Shown one piece after another: positions 9,610-18,559 of a stretch of DNA of 64,000 nt. The DNA is taken from IMG/VR virus record IMGVR_UViG_638275429_000001, positions 23,740 through 87,739 of that record, one strand, 5' to 3'. The translations under genes were made by a program, and so were the position numbers. This stretch comes from a virus (taxonomy: Duplodnaviria; Heunggongvirae; Uroviricota; Caudoviricetes; Straboviridae). The stretch's first letter is position 1. Every line of letters starts with the position of its first letter. The notes beneath the pieces were generated by a model. The model ran no database searches, was not told the origin of the DNA, and saw nothing but the letters and a program-made list of their open reading frames with translations.

Positions 9610-9972
9610 TTAAACCTCAAATTTAAAAGAAGCACCGCAATCATGGCATTTGCAAATTTCATAAACGTCTTGGCCGACTTTCATGTATTGCATATGGCTA
9701 GGAGTATGATCGCACATGAAAACGTTGGTGGCATCGCAATCTTTGAAAATTTTCCGGACAATCGGGAAAGATGTGCTTCGGTCAAATCGGTCCGACCTTC
9801 CCTTGTAGATTCGTGCGCGGTAAACTGCACCACCTGCAAGATGTACAACACTCCATTCAACCTTGAACCCGAGCGTTTTTAGGGTTGGCACGTCAGCGTG
9901 TTCGTAATAGCTTTTGATCATGCGCCCAGGTACAACACCGGTAAATTCGCATTCATAAATCGTTACGTTCAT
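9610..9972 (-). CDS. hypothetical protein (120 aa) with C-terminal Cys/His cluster
   Basis: CDHTPSH...CKCHDCG possible zinc-binding. Confidence 0.4.
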   Translation of the reverse strand: MNVTIYECEFTGVVPGRMIKSYYEHADVPTLKTLGFKVEWSVVHLAGGAVYRARIYKGRSDRFDRSTSFPIVRKIFKDCDATNVFMCDHTPSHMQYMKVGQDVYEICKCHDCGASFKFEV

Positions 9973-10307
9973 TTTTTGCTCCCGTAAATTTCCTGGCGGA
10001 TTTTGCGAGCTTTACCTTGATACTTTTTGTAAGCATCTTCAGCCATAGTTTTCGGCCCGATATGGGTAGGCGTGTGACCTAGCGCTTGTGTACCAAATTC
10101 TTCTGAAATATACTGAACAATGACAGAACGAATAGCCTGGCGACCGATGCCCGTTACTCCAGCAGCAGTAGCCGCTTCCCAAACCTCGTTTTCAACGGCG
10201 TTAATTTGCTCTTCAGAAATACGATTACCGAGGATATTGTCAGTTGCGAATTTGGCCGCGCAGGTGTGGACGGTAAAATTACGTACGGCAATGAATTGGT
10301 TAGACAT
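9969..10307 (-). CDS. hypothetical protein (112 aa)
   Basis: ORF directly downstream of PeSL copy at 10325-10370. Confidence 0.45.
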   Translation of the reverse strand: MSNQFIAVRNFTVHTCAAKFATDNILGNRISEEQINAVENEVWEAATAAGVTGIGRQAIRSVIVQYISEEFGTQALGHTPTHIGPKTMAEDAYKKYQGKARKIRQEIYGSKK

Positions 10308-10324
10308 AAATTAATCCTTAGTTG

Positions 10325-10370
10325 ATTTGATGGGAATATTTTATCACACTCTGATGTCATTGTAAACTGT
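10325..10370 (-). promoter_or_regulatory. PeSL-type early promoter/stem-loop cassette (degenerate copy)
   Basis: tttgatggg...cattgtaaac motif; minus-strand GTTTAC -35-like box. Confidence 0.45.
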
Positions 10371-10374
10371 TTTG

Positions 10375-11175
10375 TTATTTCTTAGAAGCAGTTCTCCGGC
10401 AGTAATCTACGAAAAGTTCGACACGGCCAGCCGATGTTGTTGAGTTAAAGATTTTCGAAACGTCCCGACCGGTAACAGACCGAACTCCAAACTCTACACC
10501 ATTACCGATATGCACGACTGTGATAATGTAGAAAGCTCCACGTGATTCTGGCCAGGTCATATGCTTTGTGACATTACTTGGCACGTCATTCATTGAAAGC
10601 CGGCCGAATTCTAGCTCCAGAAACTGCTTGGCGCATGAGTTAGGATACATTGACTTTACCAGTTCGCAGAATTTAGTGGCCGCGCCCGGGTCTTCAAAAC
10701 AAACGACTGGTGGAATCGACAAAAGCGCCTTATATCCTGAAGAAGAAGTTTTCCAATAAGACTCATCAGTGTTAATGCCCTGGCTGCTCACCTCGACAAT
10801 ATCAGCTATGCTAGAGAGTTTGCTGTATTTTGCGAGATCGCGGGCATTGGCGTTTGCGTATTCGGACGATACAACTCGAACATCACAATTCAGATCTTCA
10901 TATTGCAGCTGACTGCTAACTTGTGCCATTTTTTCAACCTTCACCTTTTGGGTAGGGACATAAGGATTGTAAATTTTTTCCAGTGTCTTTTCGACATGAA
11001 TTCCTTTTCGGAGATTTCTAGAACTGGCAGCGGTATGCCTAATTCCATCTTTGACGTAATAATAATTCATTCGAGCCGCGTCATAGTGGACTATACCCGG
11101 ATAATTCATATTACCAGGTTTCTCGAAGATTTCACCTTCTTCTGGGTTGAGTCGTACAATCATAATAAACTCCAA
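10375..11175 (-). CDS. hypothetical protein (266 aa)
   Basis: ORF. Confidence 0.45.
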   Translation of the reverse strand: MEFIMIVRLNPEEGEIFEKPGNMNYPGIVHYDAARMNYYYVKDGIRHTAASSRNLRKGIHVEKTLEKIYNPYVPTQKVKVEKMAQVSSQLQYEDLNCDVRVVSSEYANANARDLAKYSKLSSIADIVEVSSQGINTDESYWKTSSSGYKALLSIPPVVCFEDPGAATKFCELVKSMYPNSCAKQFLELEFGRLSMNDVPSNVTKHMTWPESRGAFYIITVVHIGNGVEFGVRSVTGRDVSKIFNSTTSAGRVELFVDYCRRTASKK

Positions 11176-11204
11176 ATGTGGGCCTCCGGAGAGGCCCGTT
11201 TTGA

Positions 11205-11792
11205 TTACTTGAGGGAGTTGATATAGTCTTCAACTTCGCTCGAGGTAACTTCGGTGCGCTTGTCGCCATTGAAGGTTTCAATGCGCATCATCACATCGTT
11301 GACATCGATTTTGGTCAGAGCAGCCAGCTCGACTACATCATCAGCGCAGCTAATGCCCAGGGATTCGGCATTGCGAGTTTCGCGGATGTATTCCAGCTTC
11401 ACAGCCAAATCTTGACGTTGGTTATCCAGTGAGACAACGGCGTGCTTGATTTCATCACGCATTTTGACCAGCTCATCGGCTTTGTTGATCAGCGCCAGAC
11501 CTGTGCGACGGTACAGAATAGCCAGTTTGGCGTGGGTGTCAACCGGAATATTTTTTGTGATCAAACGGCGAATCTCATCGTCCTTGCGGATAGCTTCGAT
11601 TTCTTTTTCACTTGCGATTTTGCGAAGCCGCGCCTCTTCTTTTTCGGATTTCACGAAAACCTTTTCCAACTTGGTGATTTCAGTGATAACCTGGTCGGCA
11701 GCCTGGGTGTATTGGTCTTCGATAGACACGTTCTTGGTAACGAAAACGGAGACTTTGGTGCGAATAAATTGAGCCAGTTTCTTAAAGGACAT
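11205..11792 (-). CDS. coiled-coil protein, possibly PspA/IM30-like (195 aa)
   Basis: Heptad-rich, charged, PspA-like length; weak. Confidence 0.35.
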   Translation of the reverse strand: MSFKKLAQFIRTKVSVFVTKNVSIEDQYTQAADQVITEITKLEKVFVKSEKEEARLRKIASEKEIEAIRKDDEIRRLITKNIPVDTHAKLAILYRRTGLALINKADELVKMRDEIKHAVVSLDNQRQDLAVKLEYIRETRNAESLGISCADDVVELAALTKIDVNDVMMRIETFNGDKRTEVTSSEVEDYINSLK

Positions 11793-11801
11793 ATTTTAAC
11801 C

Positions 11802-12152
11802 TTACTTAGTTGACATTGGGATTGACAGAATACGCATTGTTTTGATTTCTCCGCGTTTCTTCGAATAAGCCAGCATGTTTGAATAACCTACGGTACGCTG
11901 GTTGTTTTTCGCAAAAGCTCGAATATTGCGAATTTGCTCATCTGTTGCAACGATACCAAACAACTTGTAGTGTTGGCACATGTCGGACCAGATGTTTATA
12001 CCTACCATTTTGGCCGTTTGCCAAGTGATCGGCTGCCTTCCTTTTCCTTCAGCATCGACATAACCTGTCCATGCTTTACCATTATTCGGCTTATAACCGA
12101 TGAGACTGAACATTTTGTCCATATCATCGATAACATTTTTAACATCTAACAT
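11802..12152 (-). CDS. hypothetical protein (116 aa)
   Basis: Downstream of PeSL copy 12172-12222. Confidence 0.45.
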   Translation of the reverse strand: MLDVKNVIDDMDKMFSLIGYKPNNGKAWTGYVDAEGKGRQPITWQTAKMVGINIWSDMCQHYKLFGIVATDEQIRNIRAFAKNNQRTVGYSNMLAYSKKRGEIKTMRILSIPMSTK

Positions 12153-12171
12153 TATGAACTCCTTGTCGTTT

Positions 12172-12222
12172 AACTTGTGACTATCCTAACACGTTGAAAT
12201 GGCATTGTAAACTGTTTTTCAA
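12172..12222 (-). promoter_or_regulatory. PeSL-type early promoter cassette (variant)
   Basis: ...ggcattgtaaactg; GTTTAC on minus strand. Confidence 0.45.
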
Positions 12223-12251
12223 ATAAAAACAACAAAAGGGCCCGAAGGCCC
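12221..12251 (-). terminator. Rho-independent terminator
   Basis: minus strand GGGCCTTCGGGCCC + TTTTGTTGTTTTTATTT. Confidence 0.7.
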
Positions 12252-12554
12252 TTAGTTATCCAGATAATCCAGGAGTGCTTGCGCTCCTCCTATGAATGCA
12301 CCATTGACAAAAACTTTCGGAAGACTCAGAGCACCTTTCGGTTGATTGATTCTGTCCCTCAGTTCGTTTATGACAGCACGGTCGTACTCGAAACCTAGCT
12401 CGGTCTCGGCGTCTCTTAGAACAGTTTTGATTGTGTAGTCAATGTCGTCCTCATCGAGACGTTTAGTTATGACGTCACACGCCGGGCATCGGCTCGTCTC
12501 GCTTACTATCCCGTAGATCTCGATCATTGATGCCTCCATTGGTCCATGCTGCAC
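12252..12554 (-). CDS. glutaredoxin-like protein (NrdH/NrdC-like redoxin)
   Basis: 100 aa; CPAC redox motif near N-terminus, ...VFVNGAFIGG... glutaredoxin fold signature. Confidence 0.7.
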   Translation of the reverse strand: MQHGPMEASMIEIYGIVSETSRCPACDVITKRLDEDDIDYTIKTVLRDAETELGFEYDRAVINELRDRINQPKGALSLPKVFVNGAFIGGAQALLDYLDN

Positions 12555-12874
12555 CAGCGCGACATTGTTACTTTCGAAGGTTTTACCTTGGTCAATTCAA
12601 CGCCTGGGGTGAAAGCACGGGCAAGTATCCATTCATAACTCGCTAAACCAACTCGAGTCTTGACGTGACCGTTTTCGACCATTTCCCTGTATTCGACATC
12701 GTACGAATCACCTGGCCCGTGAAGAACGTGTATCAGTTTTAGCATTTGACCAACCGATGTTCCTTCGTATTCGAGACCATTGAAAACCGGCCTTGGCCTA
12801 TTGACAATGCACTTCGCTTCAGTAAACATCATACCGGAGACTCCCATATAAATTTGTGCTTGCAACGTCGGCAC
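12524..12874 (-). CDS. hypothetical protein (116 aa; start uncertain)
   Basis: ORF. Confidence 0.35.
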   Translation of the reverse strand: MPTLQAQIYMGVSGMMFTEAKCIVNRPRPVFNGLEYEGTSVGQMLKLIHVLHGPGDSYDVEYREMVENGHVKTRVGLASYEWILARAFTPGVELTKVKPSKVTMSRWCSMDQWRHQ

Positions 12875-13152
12875 CGCAAATCTACAACTTTATGCTGCCA
12901 TGAGACGAGTTGTATTTGCTCAGTGTCGCATAATGGGCACTTAAAATGTTGATCGGCCACTGCTTTTCGCCTGGCTAATATTTCGTCATATTCGTTTGAC
13001 AAATGGTAATTGCTGATAGCGTCTGAAACTGATTTTTCAGATATCCGCAATTCCCTGAACTTGGCAATATTCGCCGACCGGATCGCCCACTCCATGTCGC
13101 GAATTTGTTTTTGTGCTTCATTATGCAATTCAATGTCCACACTTCTCTCCAA
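12829..13152 (-). CDS. hypothetical protein with C-terminal zinc ribbon (107 aa)
   Basis: CPLC...CRRC motif. Confidence 0.4.
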   Translation of the reverse strand: MERSVDIELHNEAQKQIRDMEWAIRSANIAKFRELRISEKSVSDAISNYHLSNEYDEILARRKAVADQHFKCPLCDTEQIQLVSWQHKVVDLRCRRCKHKFIWESPV

Positions 13153-13333
13153 TTACAAAAATGCCCAGGGTCATTATAACACCTGGGCGACGATAAAGCA
13201 ATTACTCTTCTGCTTCTTTCGGGTTTTCTTTTTCCACTTCTTTGCTTTGACTTTCTTCGTCTGTCCTGACGAATTTATTTTTAACGATATAGCCTTCCAT
13301 GTTTTGCTCCTTACTGCCTGGAAAAACCCATAC

Positions 13334-14236
13334 TTATTTATGGTGTGGGCGCAGCAAGTGTTTGTTTTTATTGAACAAATTTTGATATGCTTCGTCGGTG
13401 CGGCGTTTTCGCAGGTAAACCATCATCACCGGGTGATAGTTTTCCCACGCATATTCTCGAAACCAGCCGGAGGTAATCGATGTACATACTTTTTCCAACG
13501 CCATCATGAATGCTTCTGTCGGATCTACTTTTCCTGGGAAAGGAATAAGGCACCGCTCAAGAGCCAATACGCACGATTCTTCATAAACTCCAAGAATCCG
13601 CGTTTCTTCGTCACAACTGAAGAATTTCGATTTTGACGTCATTACTTCAGCGCCGTCCGCCATGTAAGACTTGTAAGCCGGAATTCCATTAACTGCCACT
13701 GCTTCATGAATTGAATCGTGGTCATAGGTGTAAATGTCATCTTTGAAAAATGCACCTTTATTAACATTCAATTTAGGGTGGCCGTAATTGAGCGATTCAG
13801 CTTCGCGAAGTTCGAAAATACGCTGTTCAACCGGACCCATTACAACACCATTGTCGCGCATCACGTGGATGTCAACCATAGTTTTGATGAAATTGCGGGT
13901 GTTCTTCTTGAACCGGTGAGCCATCTTAATAGCGAGAAGGATTTCAGGAGTCGCGTAAACTGTTCCTTGAGGATTTCCCATCAATTCGTAAATCATCTCA
14001 TCCGAAGAACCCGGTCTAACGATATATGTCTCATGATAGCAGCAACGAGATTTGCCGTCGCCGACAACGAACGCTTTAACATTCGGGTTTTTCACGGTAA
14101 CCGGCCTGCCATCCATACGTGCCTGATACTCGGCCCACTCGTCAGCTGTTGAAATGAAATCATGGTCCATTTGGGTGGTTGGAGCTACTTCCGGATGAAA
14201 GTGGTGTTGCATTGCACGAGAGCCAATAATAATCAT
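13334..14236 (-). CDS. hypothetical protein, possible minimal nucleotidyltransferase fold (about 300 aa; start revised to internal Met after hairpin)
   Basis: IIGSRAMQHHFHPEVAPTTQMDHD resembles hGS...DxD NTase motif weakly; AGGAA SD before revised ATG. Confidence 0.4.
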   Translation of the reverse strand: MIIIGSRAMQHHFHPEVAPTTQMDHDFISTADEWAEYQARMDGRPVTVKNPNVKAFVVGDGKSRCCYHETYIVRPGSSDEMIYELMGNPQGTVYATPEILLAIKMAHRFKKNTRNFIKTMVDIHVMRDNGVVMGPVEQRIFELREAESLNYGHPKLNVNKGAFFKDDIYTYDHDSIHEAVAVNGIPAYKSYMADGAEVMTSKSKFFSCDEETRILGVYEESCVLALERCLIPFPGKVDPTEAFMMALEKVCTSITSGWFREYAWENYHPVMMVYLRKRRTDEAYQNLFNKNKHLLRPHHK

Positions 14237-14237
14237 A

Positions 14238-14258
14238 ACGAATTCCTCATAAAAGGCC
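14238..14258 (-). terminator. GC hairpin (GGCCCCGAAGGGCC) terminator/attenuator
   Basis: hairpin + TTTTAT on minus strand. Confidence 0.4.
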
Positions 14259-14280
14259 CCGAAGGGCCTATTCAAAACAT

Positions 14281-14499
14281 TTAGCAGCTGCTGGACATCC
14301 AAACCGAACCGTCTGATTCGATGTTGAAGGCTTCATCACCTTCACCGTAGCATGAACTCGACAGCCAGTCGTCAAACTCGATAGAGTTGTCACTGTTGAT
14401 TTGAACGCCATAGTTGTTTTCGCTCGCGAGGTCATTGACTTCGATGAGCAGTTTTTGCAATTCTTTTGCTTTTTCTACCAATACGTCAGAACGTGCCAT
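14281..14499 (-). CDS. small acidic protein, paralog 2 (72 aa) with C-terminal W-[LM]-SSS-x-C motif
   Basis: MARSDVLVEKAKELQKLL...DDWLSSSCYGEGDEAFNIESDGSVWMSSSC; AAGGA SD; tandem to paralog 1. Confidence 0.5.
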   Translation of the reverse strand: MARSDVLVEKAKELQKLLIEVNDLASENNYGVQINSDNSIEFDDWLSSSCYGEGDEAFNIESDGSVWMSSSC

Positions 14500-14512
14500 T
14501 TTTATTTTTTCC

Positions 14513-14836
14513 TTAGCAGTTGTCGGAGGAGCTGAGCCAGTAACCGTTTTCATCATCGCCTTTTTCAGAGGCAGTAGATTCTTCCCAGGAGCTATGACCT
14601 TTAGGGTAATAAGTACGGCCATAGCCATAATCACCAGTGCTGAGCGTGATAACAGCGACGTCGGCAATAGTTTCAGCCAACTGCTCCGCCGAATCGCTGA
14701 TACTCATAACTTCTCGAGTAATTTCACGAGCTTTGGCTTTATCGCTTGTGTCGCCTTCTACGAAATCGCATATGGAATCTTCAATGCGGGCAATCTTGGC
14801 TTGCAGTTTTTGCAGTTCTTTCAGAATCAACATCAT
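14513..14836 (-). CDS. small acidic protein, paralog 1 (107 aa) with C-terminal WLSSS-x-C motif
   Basis: MMLILKELQKLQAKI...NGYWLSSSDNC; shares KELQKL and WLSSS motifs with downstream paralog. Confidence 0.5.
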   Translation of the reverse strand: MMLILKELQKLQAKIARIEDSICDFVEGDTSDKAKAREITREVMSISDSAEQLAETIADVAVITLSTGDYGYGRTYYPKGHSSWEESTASEKGDDENGYWLSSSDNC

Positions 14837-14861
14837 TTTTTTCCTATTTCATTGTTGTTTA

Positions 14862-14905
14862 ATGACATGAACATAATAAATCACATTCATGTCATTGTAA
14901 ACAAG
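14862..14905 (-). promoter_or_regulatory. PeSL-type early promoter cassette (variant)
   Basis: ...catgtcattgtaaac; GTTTAC minus strand. Confidence 0.4.
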
Positions 14906-14913
14906 TTTTTTGA

Positions 14914-16740
14914 TTATTTTACATGCTTGACCCGGTGTGCAACTTCGGATTGCTTACCTTTGTTGAACCCTCTTGCCAGAGGTGCGCCTAGATATCCGCA
15001 AACACGCCGAATTACCGACATCTTCGAAGAATCATGGTTTCCACATGCTGGGCAACTAAAGCCTTTTGATGTGCACTTGAATTCGCCATCGTAACCGCAA
15101 TCATAGCATTTATCTACGGGCGTGTTTGTGCCGAAATAAGAAAGATTTTCCATCGCGTAATCCCATATCTGCTCAAGAGCTTCAATGTTTCTACGCATGT
15201 TGGGCAGCTCAACGTAACTGATATGGCCGCCGGAAGCTATCCAATGGAAGTTCTTTTCGAAGTCGATTTTGTCGTACGGGTTAAGTTCGGCTTCAACAGG
15301 CACGTGGAAGCTATTGGTATACCAATCTTTATCCGTAACACCTGGGATAACACCGTATTTCTCACGGTCCAATCGTTGGAGTCGATCGCATAGGGATTCC
15401 GACGGTGTAGAATACAGGCTAAAGCTCCAGCCAGATTCATTTTTAGCGTCAACACACATATTATGCATTAGCGCGGCAACATCTTCAGCAAATTTCCTTG
15501 CCCTTGGTGAAGCCGCTGTTGATTCTCCAGTCATATGAAGTGCAGCTTCATATAGCCCGATGTATCCGATCGATATCGAGGCTCTCGGCTTCAGATGAGG
15601 CAGAAATTCTTCTTCCGGATCAAGGTAAAGGCCGAATGCGCCTTCGGTATAAAGGATTGGAGCTACTTTTGCTTTCGCACCTTTAAGCCATTTGATTCGT
15701 TCCATCGATGCTTCATATGAGATAGCGAATCGAGATTTCAGCAATTCGTAAAATGTGTCAACGTTTCCATTTGATTCTATGGCAATTCTTGGAATGTTGA
15801 TAGAGACCACACCTAAGTTGTTGCGGCCATTCAATTCACCTGATTCTATACCAGCCAGAAAAGACCGGCAACCCATTGGACTAACAGGCACCTGACTACC
15901 AGTGATGGATCGGTTGTTTTTCGCGCTGATAATGTCAGGGTACATGCGCTTGGTTGCACATTCCATAGCAAGCTGTTTAATTTCATAGTTTGGATCTCCT
16001 TTACATAAATTCAGGCCATCTTCCATAAACATGACGAGTTTTGGGAAAACAGGCGTAATTCCGTTTTTGCCTAAACCTTTAATGCGAACATTGAGAATCG
16101 CCTTCTGGATTTCGCGCTCGAACCAGTTAGTTCCCATGCCAAATGTTATCGTCACGAATGGAGTTTGTCCGTTCGTGGTGAACATTGTGTTGACTTCATA
16201 TTCGAAAGCCTGAATGCCGTCGTAAATTTCTTTTTGCGTTAGCTCGTCTGCGTATATGCCTGCATCGTTGTTAGGCAAACCAAATCGACGGGCCATGGCT
16301 AAATGTTTTTCCCATGATTTCACAGCATACTTCGCCAACACTTGGTCAATATTCGCCAAAGTCGTTCCGCCATACTGGTGAGAAGAGACCTGAGCAGTTA
16401 TTTGAGCCATAATGGCACACGCAACACCAAACGATTTTGGTTGCTCGATATGGGCATCGCCCATTTTGAATCCACGAGAAAGCATACCGCCTAAGTTAAC
16501 TAGGCAACAGTTTGTCATTGGTATTGTGAATGCATAATCCATATCGTGGATGTGGATATCGCCGCTCTTGTGCGCTTGTAGGAGGTGGATCGGGAGTATG
16601 CTGGCGGAAAAGTCTTTTGATGCGATTGATGCCATCATATCGCGCATGGTGGGAATCACGTCAGCGTTTTTATTCGCGTTTTCGTTGTGGGATTCAGATT
16701 GGCCCCTTACTAACTCTTTGACCTGGGTTCTTATTGTCAT
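14914..16740 (-). CDS. nrdD: anaerobic ribonucleoside-triphosphate reductase NrdD (class III RNR), intron-free
   Basis: 608 aa; C-terminal glycyl-radical motif RRVCGYLG and zinc ribbon CYDCG...CPACG; precedes gene 49 as in T4. Confidence 0.92.
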   Translation of the reverse strand: MTIRTQVKELVRGQSESHNENANKNADVIPTMRDMMASIASKDFSASILPIHLLQAHKSGDIHIHDMDYAFTIPMTNCCLVNLGGMLSRGFKMGDAHIEQPKSFGVACAIMAQITAQVSSHQYGGTTLANIDQVLAKYAVKSWEKHLAMARRFGLPNNDAGIYADELTQKEIYDGIQAFEYEVNTMFTTNGQTPFVTITFGMGTNWFEREIQKAILNVRIKGLGKNGITPVFPKLVMFMEDGLNLCKGDPNYEIKQLAMECATKRMYPDIISAKNNRSITGSQVPVSPMGCRSFLAGIESGELNGRNNLGVVSINIPRIAIESNGNVDTFYELLKSRFAISYEASMERIKWLKGAKAKVAPILYTEGAFGLYLDPEEEFLPHLKPRASISIGYIGLYEAALHMTGESTAASPRARKFAEDVAALMHNMCVDAKNESGWSFSLYSTPSESLCDRLQRLDREKYGVIPGVTDKDWYTNSFHVPVEAELNPYDKIDFEKNFHWIASGGHISYVELPNMRRNIEALEQIWDYAMENLSYFGTNTPVDKCYDCGYDGEFKCTSKGFSCPACGNHDSSKMSVIRRVCGYLGAPLARGFNKGKQSEVAHRVKHVK

Positions 16741-17210
16741 TGGATCGCCTTCTTAAATTGCTTTCTGAACTTTTTGATAAGTTCTGCCTTAACGTCCTTG
16801 TCATTATAATCAAAACCACGTTCCTGCATATCAAGGCGCATATCGGGTAAACTCTTTTTGGAGAATTGTTTAACCATATCACCGAGATATTGTGAGTGAA
16901 CGGGATTATCCGAGTAATCAGAGTCAACGTATTCGATAAGCTCCCGCATCCATTCGATATAGTCGACATCACGGCCACGAAGGCCACTTCGAATGAATTT
17001 ATGCTTTATCATCCCTTCCAGCATATTGCAACGAGCGCATAAAAGCCCTCGAACTTTGCCGGCATTCCGACCTTCGAGGGCATGATCATGATCAAGATGT
17101 TGTTTGTTGTAAGGCCCGTCAAACTCATTTTTGCAGAGTTTGCAACACCCGCCTTGAGCGTGGAACAGTTTTTGCTTCAGTTCATCTGAAGATTTCGAGT
17201 TTAAGAGCAT
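16737..17210 (-). CDS. 49: gp49 endonuclease VII (Holliday junction resolvase)
   Basis: 157 aa, same length as T4 EndoVII; CKLCKNEF...HLDHDHALEGRNAGKVRGLLCARCN...KHKF closely matches T4 gp49. Confidence 0.92.
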   Translation of the reverse strand: MLLNSKSSDELKQKLFHAQGGCCKLCKNEFDGPYNKQHLDHDHALEGRNAGKVRGLLCARCNMLEGMIKHKFIRSGLRGRDVDYIEWMRELIEYVDSDYSDNPVHSQYLGDMVKQFSKKSLPDMRLDMQERGFDYNDKDVKAELIKKFRKQFKKAIQ

Positions 17211-17239
17211 AAGAATTCCTCCATATGCTCTTATTTAAC

Positions 17240-17647
17240 TCATCGTGTTACTTTGAACTTATTGCCATCTGGCCCGGTATAGATGATCTCATATCCTTTG
17301 AAATTCTTCGGATAATCGCACTCATGACATGGCCAACATAATCCTTCGACCCCATACTCTTCCCAGAGTTCAACACCTTCAGCTTCTTCGCCGAAATATC
17401 GATAATAGTCTGGGATGTGGTTAAAATCTGCTTGACCTCCTTTACCGCGTGGATATTCGGCTTTGCATTTATCCATAAACGTGATCAATCGAACGATTTC
17501 AGCTTTAGTTCGGTCGGCATCGATAGCTGGAATTTCATATTCCAGTGTCGCGTCGCTAAATTTATCCGAGAAATGCATTTTAACCATAAATGTATTTCTG
17601 TCGTCCTTCGGTTCAAACGGTGTAAATTTCAGTGTTAGTCTCTGCAT
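17240..17647 (-). CDS. hypothetical protein (135 aa)
   Basis: ORF. Confidence 0.45.
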   Translation of the reverse strand: MQRLTLKFTPFEPKDDRNTFMVKMHFSDKFSDATLEYEIPAIDADRTKAEIVRLITFMDKCKAEYPRGKGGQADFNHIPDYYRYFGEEAEGVELWEEYGVEGLCWPCHECDYPKNFKGYEIIYTGPDGNKFKVTR

Positions 17648-17882
17648 TAGCCTCTCCTGCCATTATAACGCGCTTAGCATTATAATCGATTGTTGCATTA
17701 TAAATTTTGCCATTTTGCGCAAAATATGTTGACGAACCTATACGAACTTCAGTTATACCAGGAAATGTCCAGAATATCGTGCTCTTGACTTGCTCTGGGT
17801 CAGTCGACAATAAATTGACGTGAATGTTTCTGCCTATTTCCCTGGTAAACTCCTTGGCGTAGTCATTGATATCCATATTCAT
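17613..17882 (-). CDS. hypothetical protein (89 aa)
   Basis: ORF. Confidence 0.4.
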   Translation of the reverse strand: MNMDINDYAKEFTREIGRNIHVNLLSTDPEQVKSTIFWTFPGITEVRIGSSTYFAQNGKIYNATIDYNAKRVIMAGEANAETNTEIYTV

Positions 17883-18133
17883 CTCACGTGTGAAAAACCT
17901 GACCTTCTCGGTATAAACGGCATAATTGAATTGAATTCTTCGTAGGACAAATAAACATACTTTATTTGCGGTATGCTAAAAACTGTTTTTAGCTGGTCAA
18001 ACAATTCCAATTCGACAGGATATTCGTTCTGATCGTTTTGATACTTGGCGGATTCCCAGTCTTCTTTTGTTAGTTTGATTTGCATTTCATCTCCTTTTCC
18101 CACTGATTTTTCGAGTAAACGACATGACCCCAC
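17879..18133 (-). CDS. hypothetical protein (84 aa)
   Basis: ORF. Confidence 0.4.
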   Translation of the reverse strand: MGSCRLLEKSVGKGDEMQIKLTKEDWESAKYQNDQNEYPVELELFDQLKTVFSIPQIKYVYLSYEEFNSIMPFIPRRSGFSHVR

Positions 18134-18345
18134 TCGATTGAAACAACAAATAAACGGAGTCTGTTTAACTTGTGGCCATCATAATACTGAGAGTAGAAAG
18201 ATGGAACAAGTCCAAACTCGCCATCAAAAGTTAGATATTTCACAAGATATGAATCAGCATTTCCAGAGACAATCCACTTGCCGTAATACCATTCTTGCTC
18301 ATACCATTTAACAGCTTTATCGAACAATTCTTTGATTCGATTCAT
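18070..18345 (-). CDS. hypothetical protein (91 aa)
   Basis: ORF. Confidence 0.4.
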   Translation of the reverse strand: MNRIKELFDKAVKWYEQEWYYGKWIVSGNADSYLVKYLTFDGEFGLVPSFYSQYYDGHKLNRLRLFVVSIEWGHVVYSKNQWEKEMKCKSN

Positions 18346-18559
18346 AACCAGCCTTTTATCAAGTCGTATTCTGACAGGTCGAGTTGAATCCTGGGCACGT
18401 ATTCGCAGTTTAATTTCATGATACGCTCAATCATACACCGCTTTTCATGCTTCATTGGTTCGTCAAGATCAGCCCATTGTAGCCGTTTTTGCGCCTTACA
18501 GACGTCTAAAACTATTTTCACATATCCTCCGAAAGCCCTCCGAAGAGGGCTTTATCATT

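Noticed and set aside
14914-16740. Group I intron or homing endonuclease insertion in nrdD (as in T4)
   Set aside because: The 608-aa ORF is continuous from the N-terminus through the glycyl-radical and zinc-ribbon C-terminus with no interruption.
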